This document shows positions 1 to 8,863 of a stretch of 39,389 nt of DNA, one piece after another. The notes below the pieces were generated by a model. The model was given only the letters and a program-made list of their open reading frames with translations, was not told the origin of the DNA and did no database searches. Source of the DNA: an uncultured Synechococcus sp. Its GTDB lineage: Bacteria > Cyanobacteriota > Cyanobacteriia > Phormidesmidales > Phormidesmidaceae. The position numbers and the translations under genes are program-made. Each line of letters opens with the position of its first letter. Positions within the stretch are counted from its first letter, which is position 1. The DNA lies in NCBI GenBank assembly GCA_937911865.1, contig CALDSK010000140.1, positions 1 to 39,389 of the forward strand, given 5' to 3'.

Positions 1-137
1 CCAGTTTTTGCTCCGTTATGCAACCCTTAATGAAAATGGTGCAAGATCTCAGATACTTCTCTTCCCTTTTTGCGGTCAGGCAGGTTGCAGCCAGTTCTCT
101 GGCAGAAAAGTGCCAGGGACTCAGCGGGTCGTAACGG

Positions 138-159
138 TATAATCAGTCACCGGGTGACT
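138..159 (+). promoter_or_regulatory. Candidate -10 hexamer TATAAT (138-143) followed by a 15-bp perfect palindrome AGTCACCGGGTGACT (145-159), upstream of the tpsB-like gene
   Basis: Consensus TATAAT and the palindrome were read directly. I found no convincing -35 element. The position about 125 nt upstream of the ATG at 267 fits a promoter plus operator or a 5' hairpin. Confidence 0.25.
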
Positions 160-171
160 CAGTGTGTGAAA

Positions 172-216
172 TATTTATTTCGGCACTGTTTATTTCAGCG
201 CTATTTATTTCAGCGC
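172..216. repeat. 15-nt tandem repeat x3 (TATTTATTTCGGCAC / TGTTTATTTCAGCGC / TATTTATTTCAGCGC) in the tpsB leader
   Basis: Three adjacent 15-nt units at 172-186, 187-201 and 202-216. The ORF-track proteins covering this stretch (FISALFISALFISAL) are just the repeat translated. Confidence 0.85.
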
Positions 217-266
217 TTGCTATCAAAAATCCATATCAAACAAATCTATATCGAACAAACTCACCC

Positions 267-2042
267 ATGACTCTACTTTGGCGATGTTTAGCCGCGCGAT
301 TAAGTGCAAATGTCGGCTTACGTTCTGGCTTATCTGTTGGGCTAAAGCTAGGACTAGCAACGGGGCTTATTGTTTCAGAGAGCCTGACAGCCCACGCACA
401 AACTACGCCGCCGGGCGATGTGACCCTGCCACCGCGCACGCCTGAAACGGTAGAACAAACGATTCCTGAACTGCCGCCACCGACTGTACCTGTGCCCGAA
501 CCTGCGCCGCCAGCGGTAGAGTTAGATCCGCCCGATTCTGAGAATGTTGTGCCAAGCACACCCTCTACAGAACAGCGATTTCGAGTGCGCCGGGTAGAGG
601 TGCTAGGGAGTACGGTTTTGCAGCGTGAGATCGATGCGATCGCCCGTCAGTTAGAAAATCGCGACGTTACCTTTGCCGATCTCTTGCAGCTGCGCGCTGA
701 TATTACCCAGCTCTACATTGACAATGGCTTCATTACCTCAGGGGCTTTTTTGCCAAACAACCAAGACCTGACAGATGGGGTTGTTCAAGTTCAGGTGCTA
801 GAAGGGACGCTAGAAGCTATTGCAATTGTTGGACTACAGCGATTGCGAGAGAACTACGTGCGCAGCCGGGTGAGGCTAGGGGCGACCGCGCCGCTCAATC
901 AGCAAAGCCTGGAAGACTCGATAAGACTGTTGCAGTTAAATCCGTTGCTAGAAACTGTAAATGCGGAGCTGGTCGCAGGGACCGGGGCAGGACAAAATAT
1001 TTTGCTGCTATCGCTAGTGGAAGCACCTGTTTTTTCGACGACGGTCTCAGTAGATAACTATCGGCCGCCGAGCGTGGGTACCACTCAGGGGGTGGTACGC
1101 GTGGCGCACAATAATGTATTAAGAGGGGGCGATCGCGCTGAAGCTGCTTTTAGTTTGAGTGATGGTTTAACGCTGTACAACCTTGACTATGTAGTACCGA
1201 TAACGCCTCAGGGCGGCACGGTGAGTTTTGGTTACGACAACAGTAATAGCCAGATTATTGAATCGGACTTTCGAGAGTTGGACATTCGCAGCGCGACTGA
1301 AACCGTGTCGGTAGGGGTGCGGCAGCCGATTGTTCGCTCGGCGCGCAGTGAGGTGGGGCTAAGGCTAGCGGTAGATCTGCGCCGTAATCGGACGTCTTTA
1401 TTGGGTCGGCCTTTCTCTTTTTCAGAAGGGCCAGAAGAGGGCGCGTCGAACGTGACAGCAGTGAGATTTTCTCAGGATTGGGTAAAGCGAGATGCACAGC
1501 GGGTTTTGTCAGCGCGATCGCAATTTAGCCTGGGGGTAAATGCGTTTGATGCCACGGTGAATGACACTGGCACCGACGGTGAGTTTTTCTCCTGGCTAGG
1601 TCAGTTTCAGTGGGTGCAGCAGGTTGCGCCCAAAGTTTTGCTGGTCAATCAGGTGAATGCTCAGCTAACGCCAGATTCGCTCTTGCCAATTGAGCGATTC
1701 AGCATGGGCGGTGTGGGGTCGGTGCGCGGCTACGAAGCGAACCAGATTGTGGCTGATAACGGTGTGACGGCTTCTGTAGAGGCGTTAATTGCTTTGACAG
1801 ATACGCCGAATGAGCTGCTGTTGACGCCTTTTGTAGAGGCCGGAACGGCTTGGAATTCCGCTGGGGCGGCGTTGGAAGAATCTACGTTGGCGAGTTTTGG
1901 GATGGGTGTGCGATGGGCGGCGTTGCCGAATTTGCAGCTGCGTGCGGACTATGGCGTGCCGCTCGTTAGCGTGGACGGGCGCGGCGATTCGTTGCAGTCG
2001 AGCGGACTGACGTTTTCTATGGTGTATGAGCCAACGAGATAG
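267..2042 (+). CDS. ShlB/FhaC/HecB-family two-partner-secretion outer-membrane transporter (TpsB) with POTRA region
   Basis: ATG at 267 gives a signal-like N-terminus (MTLLWRCLAARL...SLTAHAQ). A Pro-rich linker follows, then a POTRA-like segment (FRVRRVEVLGSTVL...ITQLYIDNGFITSGAFLP...VQVQVLEG). The C-terminal beta-barrel shows the family pattern (RFSMGGVGSVRGYE...ADYGVPL...LTFSMVY). The longer ORF from 162 only adds repeat-derived residues. Confidence 0.85.
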   Translation: MTLLWRCLAARLSANVGLRSGLSVGLKLGLATGLIVSESLTAHAQTTPPGDVTLPPRTPETVEQTIPELPPPTVPVPEPAPPAVELDPPDSENVVPSTPSTEQRFRVRRVEVLGSTVLQREIDAIARQLENRDVTFADLLQLRADITQLYIDNGFITSGAFLPNNQDLTDGVVQVQVLEGTLEAIAIVGLQRLRENYVRSRVRLGATAPLNQQSLEDSIRLLQLNPLLETVNAELVAGTGAGQNILLLSLVEAPVFSTTVSVDNYRPPSVGTTQGVVRVAHNNVLRGGDRAEAAFSLSDGLTLYNLDYVVPITPQGGTVSFGYDNSNSQIIESDFRELDIRSATETVSVGVRQPIVRSARSEVGLRLAVDLRRNRTSLLGRPFSFSEGPEEGASNVTAVRFSQDWVKRDAQRVLSARSQFSLGVNAFDATVNDTGTDGEFFSWLGQFQWVQQVAPKVLLVNQVNAQLTPDSLLPIERFSMGGVGSVRGYEANQIVADNGVTASVEALIALTDTPNELLLTPFVEAGTAWNSAGAALEESTLASFGMGVRWAALPNLQLRADYGVPLVSVDGRGDSLQSSGLTFSMVYEPTR

Positions 2043-2066
2043 CCGAAACAGAGAGGCAAAATACAT

Positions 2067-2110
2067 AGCAAAGCAAGGATGCATTCTTACTTTGCTGTCC
2101 CTACTTTTTG
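2067..2110. terminator. Hairpin between the convergent tpsB and vapC genes (possible bidirectional terminator)
   Basis: AGCAAAGCAAG (2067-2077) pairs with CTTACTTTGCT (2086-2096), 10 of 11 bp with an 8-nt loop. A T-run lies at 2105-2109 on the + strand, and a TTTT lies just past the stem on the - strand. Confidence 0.4.
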
Positions 2111-2122
2111 AAAGGATAGGGC

Positions 2123-2518
2123 CTAGCGGTTAATATCCCATACGCACTGAATGGGATACGCATTGAAAGTGTTATCCCGGCTGACTACGGATAGCGAATT
2201 GGTTAGAGCTTGAGCAATGATGATCCGATCGAAGGGATCTTTATGATGATTTGGCAGGGTCTGAAGCCTCACGGTATCTTTTATGCTGATGGGCAGCAGA
2301 ATGAATCGTGTGGCTCTAAATCTCTCTTCGATAGTGCTGAAATCATCCTTCAGGGAAAGTTTGCCAATTGCAGCTTTAATCGATATTTCCCAAAAGCTGG
2401 CGATGCTGACAAACACGCTATCAGTTGCTTCGATTTTGACACGAAGGGATGTGGGTAATTCCGGGCTATCGTCTGATAGCCAAATGAAAGCATGGGTATC
2501 TAACAAGAGAGCACTCAT
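2123..2518 (-). CDS. vapC: PIN-domain ribonuclease toxin (VapC family) of a type II toxin-antitoxin pair
   Basis: The N-terminus LLDTHAFIWL and the C-terminal HKDPFDRIIIAQA...VSRD are typical PIN/VapC acidic-residue contexts. The gene abuts the upstream antitoxin gene with no gap (2519/2518). Confidence 0.8.
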   Translation of the reverse strand: MSALLLDTHAFIWLSDDSPELPTSLRVKIEATDSVFVSIASFWEISIKAAIGKLSLKDDFSTIEERFRATRFILLPISIKDTVRLQTLPNHHKDPFDRIIIAQALTNSLSVVSRDNTFNAYPIQCVWDINR

Positions 2519-2755
2519 TTACAGATATTCTTCGAATGCTGCTAATGGCTCGTCAAAGTCGTCAGGTAATGGTAAAACAAACAGTCCTTTCATGGAGCCA
2601 GCCAGAGTGTGCTTCTTGTGTGTAGGCTCTTCTATCTCGTCGGTTTTTTGGTCGGCATATTGGCTTGCTAAGAACTTTGTGTACAGAAGCACAGATAGCT
2701 TTATAGATTCAGGCAAATCCTTGACGGTTTCTAATATGGCATTTTCTGTCGTCAT
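2519..2755 (-). CDS. Small antitoxin partner of VapC (DUF2281-like C-terminus)
   Basis: 78 aa, directly upstream of and contiguous with the PIN gene. The C-terminal ...PLPDDFDEPLAAFEEYL resembles DUF2281-type antitoxins. Confidence 0.65.
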   Translation of the reverse strand: MTTENAILETVKDLPESIKLSVLLYTKFLASQYADQKTDEIEEPTHKKHTLAGSMKGLFVLPLPDDFDEPLAAFEEYL

Positions 2756-2917
2756 TGCACTGTACTCCTACGAGTCAAAGCTTCTTCGATACTACACGAA
2801 TCAGGCTGCGGTTGTGATGGAGATTGTGCGGGTTACCAAAATTTTGCTCAAAAACGCTGCGCAAGTTCTAGCGCTTGGTGAAATTTAGGCGCATTAGAAC
2901 CCACACATATTTCCGCT

Positions 2918-4978
2918 TTATTCGTCGCAACTGCGGCTCATGATGAGTCTGCCGTCAGCGAGCTGAAAAACGCCTTGAGGTTCGGTTATGGGTTCACTTG
3001 TTTGTCGTCTGTTAGGGTCTGCTTGACCTGTGGTGTTCTCATGAAGTCGATGGATTTCTCCGAGGGGGTAGGTGGCGATCGCACTATCGCCAGGTCGATC
3101 GGGCAGTCCCCCACCGCCCGCTACAACAAAGCTCCCAGAGTCGCCTCTACGAGCAATACAGCTACTGGCAATGAGCTGATTGGTGTTAACAATATTGTCT
3201 GGCAGTTCAGTCAGTTCATCTTGGATAAAGCTGACATCGGGAAGGGTTATGCTGCCGGCGATCGCACCGCTGGCACTAATATCCACACGGTTATTCCCAT
3301 CTAGCTCGTCAGGAGACACCTGTTCAGATGAAGGCCGATAACCCTCTCCAAAAAATGCAGGCGTATCGAACACAATGTCACCGCCTTGTCCCTGTGACGC
3401 ATCTGCCAGAATATCACTATCGTCAAAAGCAGCCACTGAGCGAGCGACGACAGAAATATCACCACCTTGGCCTTCTCCTTGTCTTACAGCAGTTTCAATA
3501 TCGCTATCAAGTTGTAAAACAACAGCTCCAGCATTGATCGTAATATCGCCGCCTGAATTCTGTTGAGCAAAGGTGTTTATGCCGCCATTACTCACCAATA
3601 GCTGTTCGCGCACTGATAAAAGCAGACTACCTGCAATACCTGTGCTCTCACTAAACGCCGAGATTACAGAACCTTCTAAAATTTCTAAATTGTTAGTAGT
3701 AAGTTGGATTAGACCGCCATCACCCACCGCGCCAGCTCTCGCATTGCTAGAGATACCTCCTTGAAATTCACTGGAGGGGTTCTCTCCTGCTAATCTCACC
3801 GTTTCTTGCACATTAACAACGACATTCCCTGCATTACCCTCTCCATTCGTCCCTGAGCTGATTTGCCCACCGTTGGTAACTGCCAAGCTATTAGCGTTGA
3901 GCAGGATATCTCCCCCATCTCCCTCGCCTTCTGGTTGAACACTGCTGGTAATAAGACTAGGGCTGTTGTCCAAACTATCAAAGCCGTCAACGATTACTGT
4001 CCCGGTAATATCCAGAATAACGTCGCCTGAATCGCCCGTTCCTAAGGTGGCTGAGCCGATCTGAGCGTCATTGAGTACCCTCAGCTCATCTGCCGAAATT
4101 TCAACATTTCCGCCGATTCCAGTGCTATTGGCCTGAAGGCTAGTAGAAATAGCGCTGGGATCATTGTTGAGTGGGTTGGATCCCTCTAGCGTAACGTTCT
4201 CGGCCTCTATGTCAATATTGCCTGAATCGCCTGTCCCAAAACTCACAGCTAGTATTTGAGAGCCTGCTGTGACATCTAAGGTATTGGTTTCAATGGTAAG
4301 CTCTCCAGCCGAACCCTGGGCTGCAGACTCTACACTTGTAAATAGAAGGCCGCCATTAGATAGTTGAACAGTATCTACAACATCAAGGCTGATATTTCCG
4401 GCTGTACCTTGTCCAAAGGTGCCAGAACCGATTTGTGTTCCGTCAATCGTGAGTGTATTGGCTGTGACTGTTAAATCTCCGCTATTACCTACGCTACCGA
4501 GCTGTAGTCCAACAAAAATCAGACTGGGAAAGTTGATCAGCGGATTACGTCCTTCGACAAGCAAAGCATCATTCACATCGATCATGACATCGCCCGAGTT
4601 ACCTCTGCCAAAGGTTACAGCGCTAACTTGAGCACCCCCTAGAACGTCCATACGATTAGCGGTAATCTCTAAACTTCCACTATTGCCTTCACCTGTAGGG
4701 GCAATCGTACTGCCGAGGCTACTCGATCTCCCATCTTGAGTATTGAACCCCTCTACAGAGATCGCTTCGTTGATATTGAGAATGATATTACCGGCATTGC
4801 CGCGACCAAACCCAGAGGCTTCTGGGGTTGCACCATTGACTATTTCTAAAGAGTTTGCCGTGACTGTCACGTTTCCAGCATCTCCTTGTCCCCCTGTGCC
4901 AACGCTACTGGTAATCCCACTGGCACTCGGGAGCGATGTATTTCTATCGAACCCATCAAGTCGAACATTCTCTGACAC
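2918..4978 (-). CDS. C-terminal repeat segment of a frameshifted TpsA-like (filamentous-haemagglutinin-family) exoprotein
   Basis: Long array of beta-helix-type repeats (GxGNAGNI / GTGDSGNI / GEGNAGNV about every 45-50 aa). The cyanobacterial FHA-type C-terminus is present (SSCIARRGDSGSFVVAGGGGLPDRP). The frame stays open upstream to 5188 with no start codon, so this is a continuation of 5181..6233 and not an independent gene. Confidence 0.8.
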   Translation of the reverse strand: MSENVRLDGFDRNTSLPSASGITSSVGTGGQGDAGNVTVTANSLEIVNGATPEASGFGRGNAGNIILNINEAISVEGFNTQDGRSSSLGSTIAPTGEGNSGSLEITANRMDVLGGAQVSAVTFGRGNSGDVMIDVNDALLVEGRNPLINFPSLIFVGLQLGSVGNSGDLTVTANTLTIDGTQIGSGTFGQGTAGNISLDVVDTVQLSNGGLLFTSVESAAQGSAGELTIETNTLDVTAGSQILAVSFGTGDSGNIDIEAENVTLEGSNPLNNDPSAISTSLQANSTGIGGNVEISADELRVLNDAQIGSATLGTGDSGDVILDITGTVIVDGFDSLDNSPSLITSSVQPEGEGDGGDILLNANSLAVTNGGQISSGTNGEGNAGNVVVNVQETVRLAGENPSSEFQGGISSNARAGAVGDGGLIQLTTNNLEILEGSVISAFSESTGIAGSLLLSVREQLLVSNGGINTFAQQNSGGDITINAGAVVLQLDSDIETAVRQGEGQGGDISVVARSVAAFDDSDILADASQGQGGDIVFDTPAFFGEGYRPSSEQVSPDELDGNNRVDISASGAIAGSITLPDVSFIQDELTELPDNIVNTNQLIASSCIARRGDSGSFVVAGGGGLPDRPGDSAIATYPLGEIHRLHENTTGQADPNRRQTSEPITEPQGVFQLADGRLIMSRSCDE

Positions 4979-5180
4979 ATCGACAGCAATGCTGCCCGCA
5001 TTTCCCTGTCCTACTGTCTCAACGTTTAGCCTTGCACCGTTGAGAACAGTTAAGTTAGCCGCCTGAACCCGTACGTCGCCTCCATCACCTACGCCGCCTG
5101 TTTCTATATTGCTGAAGGCTCCGCTAATCGCTTCTCTGTTATCTATATCAGTGCCATCGAAGGTAACTGCTCCGGTCGCA

Positions 5181-6233
5181 TTAATTAATCAAGACATTGC
5201 CCGAGTCTCCGGTCCCTGCGCTGATAGAGGCTAGCTGAGCACCATTTAAAACTTCTACAGTGGCTGCATTCACACTGATATTGCCAGCTGTTCCTGTCTC
5301 TCCTGATGGAAGTTCGCTAAAAGCCCCACTCAAAATATCGGAAGAGCGGCCAACACCATCAAAGCGTGCGGTCTCGACAATATCTAAAACGATGTCACCA
5401 CCGCCCGATTGAGTAAGCAGCTGTGCCCCGTCTTTCACCGATAGGTTTGTTGCAGAGATTTCAATCGTGCCATCGTTTCCCGCTCTTCCAGAAGCTACAC
5501 CACTTTCGAGCAAATCGAAAGCGGTACCCTCATCTGAGGGTGCTGAGGAATCTATGCTGTTACTAAGGTCAATATTGTTAGCAGATAACCGAATATTGTT
5601 GTTGGCTAATAGTAGTCCAGACGAGTTGATCTGGCCTGCTATGAAAGTGAGATCCTGGCCTGCCGAAAGTAGTCCAGAATTGTCGATGGTTGCGGTGGAA
5701 GATGATGGGCCATATTGCAGACCCATCGGTACGCTAACCAGCAGCGGCGAATCGTCTTGTGAGGAAGGTGGAAATATGTTGTTGCCGTTTCTATTAATGG
5801 TACTTGCGGTTGTGGCTAAAAAAGAACCCTGTATATCCAGGTCAGCCTCGGGCCCGAACAATATGCCGTTAGGATTGATTAGGAACAGATTCGCAGCGCC
5901 TCGAACGCCTAGTGTGCCAAGAATGTTTGAAGAATTGACGCCCGTCACTCGACTAAAGATATTGTCGACATTAGTAGGATTGTTGAAGTAAACAGCTAGC
6001 CCTTCTGCAACGTTAAGTTCCTGAAAGCTATGAAACAAAGTAGTATCTCGAAGTGCACCCCCCTCAATCAGATCAGTTGTAGCGTCAAGTCCGTTCACCT
6101 GTGAGGACTCTGCACCTAGCGTATCGTCAGGTATGATGTTGTTTTGAGCGATGATGGCAGAGGTTGGACACAGAGCGCCTAAGCTTCCTAAAACTAGGGC
6201 AAAGGCAAGAGTACGACGTCTAGAGTTCATCAC
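5181..6233 (-). CDS. N-terminal segment of the same TpsA-like exoprotein: signal peptide plus TPS (haemagglutination-activity) secretion domain
   Basis: Signal peptide MMNSRRRTLAFALVLGSLGALCPTSAIIAQ. TPS-domain motifs follow (TTLFHSFQELNV, VDNIFSRVTG, ANLFLINPNGILFGP). The segment ends ...TGDSGNVLIN* inside a repeat unit. Confidence 0.85.
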   Translation of the reverse strand: MMNSRRRTLAFALVLGSLGALCPTSAIIAQNNIIPDDTLGAESSQVNGLDATTDLIEGGALRDTTLFHSFQELNVAEGLAVYFNNPTNVDNIFSRVTGVNSSNILGTLGVRGAANLFLINPNGILFGPEADLDIQGSFLATTASTINRNGNNIFPPSSQDDSPLLVSVPMGLQYGPSSSTATIDNSGLLSAGQDLTFIAGQINSSGLLLANNNIRLSANNIDLSNSIDSSAPSDEGTAFDLLESGVASGRAGNDGTIEISATNLSVKDGAQLLTQSGGGDIVLDIVETARFDGVGRSSDILSGAFSELPSGETGTAGNISVNAATVEVLNGAQLASISAGTGDSGNVLIN

Positions 6234-6363
6234 TGTTTTTTGATTGAGGGAGATCGACTAAGCGTAGATTGAGCAGTGGGTAGAGACTCTGAAGTAGCAT
6301 TAAATACTTGGTGTTGAAAGAAGAGTGTTGCAAAAAGAGTGTTGCAAAAAGAGCTATGAAGCG

Positions 6364-6771
6364 CTACTGCCAGCTACCGACGAGAATCAATGGCGACCAG
6401 CCGCTGGGACGGACGCCTGCTTGAATCATATTGATCTGGGCTGCTTGCAGAGCTTTGGCTTTGCCCATTTGATGGTTGACCAGGTTCTCGTAAAACTGGC
6501 CGGAGATTCGGGCAGTGACGGCGTCATTGACAGCCCAAAGAGAAGCGATCGCACTTTTCGCGCCTGCTCGAATCACCACCCCGCCAATGCCCAACGCTGC
6601 TCGGTCATCACCTACGGCCGTTTCACAGGCCGTTAGCGGTTCACTGTTTGACGACCCCCGCCGAATCAGTCTGTCCATCTCACCGAACGTCAGCTTTTCA
6701 CCTTGCCCGGTGACCAAGAAAGTGTCTTCAGGATCGATGCCAAACTGGGCATGGGTCGCCATATGTAGCAC
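6364..6771 (-). CDS. CHAT-domain (caspase-like) C-terminal fragment, probably a gene remnant
   Basis: It contains the CHAT His and Cys contexts (VLHMATHAQF and LTACETAVGDD) and the C-terminal SLWAVNDAVTARISGQFYENL...GWSPLILVGSW. CHAT-like sequence runs upstream in frame only to a stop at 6838-6840 (LNQSFTEQSLSEELGDTPYTVLHMATH). The whole N-terminal part of a normal CHAT protein is missing. Confidence 0.6.
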   Translation of the reverse strand: MLHMATHAQFGIDPEDTFLVTGQGEKLTFGEMDRLIRRGSSNSEPLTACETAVGDDRAALGIGGVVIRAGAKSAIASLWAVNDAVTARISGQFYENLVNHQMGKAKALQAAQINMIQAGVRPSGWSPLILVGSWQ

Positions 6772-6796
6772 GGTGTAAGGCGTGTCTCCTAACTCT

Positions 6797-7558
6797 TCAC
6801 TCAGACTTTGCTCGGTAAACGATTGATTTAGCTTCCATCAGTGAGCCATCTAGGGCAGGATTTTCATCATCTAGATGACCTGGCTGCTCGGGAAACGTGA
6901 CGGTTGGGGTGTACAGTCCGACGCCACGACCGCCGTTGGCTGCCTTAGCCTTTGGCCCTGAGAAAAAGAGTCCTTTGTTGTCTTTACTGCTCCCCTCTTT
7001 TTGTAGGCTCTGGTACCTGGCAACGTCTAGCGAGCCATCTGGGCTGAAAACGGATTCGCCTTTGCTATCAGTGATGTATTGATCAAAAGCGCCCCAGGTA
7101 CGATTATTGCCGAGATAAGGACTACGTCCAAACGGATTAATTTGGCTCAAAAAGCCCAAAGCATGACTTAGCTCGTGATAAAGAACGGCGTAAAAATCAT
7201 ATTCTTCCTCTGCTGCATTTGGCGTCTCGTTAAAGTCGAGCTCCCAATTTTTTCCCCAATTGATCCGAACGAGACCATCTTGCTCAGCGCCATTGAGGTC
7301 AGTCCCGGTCAGCACTTTGTTGCGGACAACTTCTATATTGCCAAATCCGGGTGATGGTGTCGGCTTCAGTTCGCTGCCCGCTTCCATCAGTACCCTGCTA
7401 GACGCATTAGAAGTAGATTCTACGGTCAGATTAATGGTGGCATCTTCTGCAAACTGGCTGCCCCACTGCCTAGCGGCTAGCCTCACAGCCTCTTGCTGAG
7501 CTTTGCTAGGCTTAAAGCCGTCGGCATTGGTGGCAAACGTGAGTTTGAAGTTGATCAT
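6797..7558 (-). CDS. Putative zinc metalloprotease-like protein (HExxH)
   Basis: 253-aa ORF with YHELSHALGF (an HExxHxxG-type zinc-binding motif). No signal peptide was seen and no closer family assignment is possible by eye. Confidence 0.5.
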   Translation of the reverse strand: MINFKLTFATNADGFKPSKAQQEAVRLAARQWGSQFAEDATINLTVESTSNASSRVLMEAGSELKPTPSPGFGNIEVVRNKVLTGTDLNGAEQDGLVRINWGKNWELDFNETPNAAEEEYDFYAVLYHELSHALGFLSQINPFGRSPYLGNNRTWGAFDQYITDSKGESVFSPDGSLDVARYQSLQKEGSSKDNKGLFFSGPKAKAANGGRGVGLYTPTVTFPEQPGHLDDENPALDGSLMEAKSIVYRAKSE

Positions 7559-7838
7559 TGTATTGGCTTGTTTCGTAGTGACTCGCCACTGATGAGGACA
7601 ACAGCTGAACTCTGTAAGGATGAAACTCAGCTGTTGCTGCTATTTTGTCGGGCCAAGACGAGAAAAAAATAGCGAAAACCACAAGAAGGCAGGCCGAAAA
7701 CGGCTGCATTGCTGGCACTTTTCTGCCAGTTATTAGCGATCTATTCCCTCCTTTGGAACCCCGTATACTGGTACCGAAATACTGATGCCTTAGATAAATG
7801 GCATGAGGAACTAGATTATTTATGGCGCGGGTTAATTA

Positions 7839-8663
7839 ATGCGGCTACATACTGAGATTTCGGGGCCAGATAGTGGGTATCCGGTGCTTTGTCTGCATGG
7901 GCATCCGGGCAGTGGCAGGGCTATGTCAGTGTTTACGGGGCCATTAGCCGCAATGGGGTTTCGGACCTATGCGCCGGACTTACGAGGCTACGGGCGCAGT
8001 AAAACCAAGGTAGCGTTTGAAATGACTCGTCATTTAGACGACTTGGAGGAACTGCTGGCCCGGTTTTCGATTGATCAATGTTTGGTGTTGGGCTGGTCGT
8101 TGGGCGGTATTTTGTCGATGGAGCTAGCGCTGCGGCGACCTGCAGCGGTGCAGGGGCTGGTCTTGATTGGTACGGCGGCGCGGCCTCGGGGATCGCATCC
8201 ACCTATTTCGTTGTCAGATAACGTGATGACGGGGTTAGCGGGCTTTGTGAATTGGATGAGTCCCGGCAGTTGGGGCGCGATCGCACTAGGTAAACATTCT
8301 CTCTTTCGCTACCTCGTCTGCAATCACACCCCGGTAGCTTACCGATACTTGGCCTCAGAGGGGGCGCCAGCGGTGATTAAAATGAGCCGCTATGCGGATG
8401 CTGCGCTGAGCCGAGCGATTCGCGCCGGGTACAACCGAGTGCCCGACCTGAGGTCGCTGACTATGCCGAGCTTGATGCTGTGTGGGGAGTGCGATCGCCA
8501 CATTACAGCAGACTCTAGTTTAGAAACCGCAAAAGCTCTGCCAAACTGCAACGCTCACTGCTACCCGCAGACAGCTCATCTATTTCCCTGGGAAATTCCA
8601 GAGAAAATGAATACAGATATTCATCAATGGTTAGCCGATCAAAACCTAATTCCCAAAGTCTAA
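7839..8663 (+). CDS. Alpha/beta-fold hydrolase
   Basis: Oxyanion-type HG motif (VLCLHGHPGSG), nucleophile elbow GWSLGG, and a late His context (PQTAHLFPWE). Confidence 0.8.
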   Translation: MRLHTEISGPDSGYPVLCLHGHPGSGRAMSVFTGPLAAMGFRTYAPDLRGYGRSKTKVAFEMTRHLDDLEELLARFSIDQCLVLGWSLGGILSMELALRRPAAVQGLVLIGTAARPRGSHPPISLSDNVMTGLAGFVNWMSPGSWGAIALGKHSLFRYLVCNHTPVAYRYLASEGAPAVIKMSRYADAALSRAIRAGYNRVPDLRSLTMPSLMLCGECDRHITADSSLETAKALPNCNAHCYPQTAHLFPWEIPEKMNTDIHQWLADQNLIPKV

Positions 8664-8863
8664 GTTATCTCTAATTAGTCTAATTTACCTTTATTCAACT
8701 TTACCTACTGGTGACGCAGGGCGGTGTTTACACCTCTTTTTTATAGCCTTTGATCAAGTCATCTTAAGCCAAAATTCTAGATTTGCTCAGTAACAATTGT
8801 CCTGAAAAATCTGACTCAATCCTTTAAGCTAACGGGAGCACAGTTAAATCTTATAACTTTTAC

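Noticed and set aside
70-270. 66-aa ORF, and the 5' extension of the tpsB ORF from 162
   Set aside because: Both are dominated by translation of the 15-nt tandem repeat. The ATG at 267 gives a proper signal-peptide start for the TpsB protein.
2283-2888. 201-aa plus-strand ORF
   Set aside because: It is antisense to the well-supported vapBC pair. Its sequence is low-information and Ser/Leu-rich with no motifs.
5467-5991. 174-aa plus-strand ORF, together with the other plus-strand ORFs between 2975 and 5066
   Set aside because: They are antisense shadows of the repeat-rich TpsA gene. The minus-strand frame carries the TPS-domain and repeat motifs.
7512-7718. 68-aa minus-strand ORF upstream of the metalloprotease-like gene
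   Set aside because: It overlaps the 5' end of 6797..7558, has no motifs, and lies in the divergent promoter region.
8721-8742. Possible terminator after the alpha/beta hydrolase gene (GGTG-TTTA-CACC followed by TCTTTTTT)
   Set aside because: The stem is only 4-5 bp, too weak to call with any confidence even though a T-run follows.
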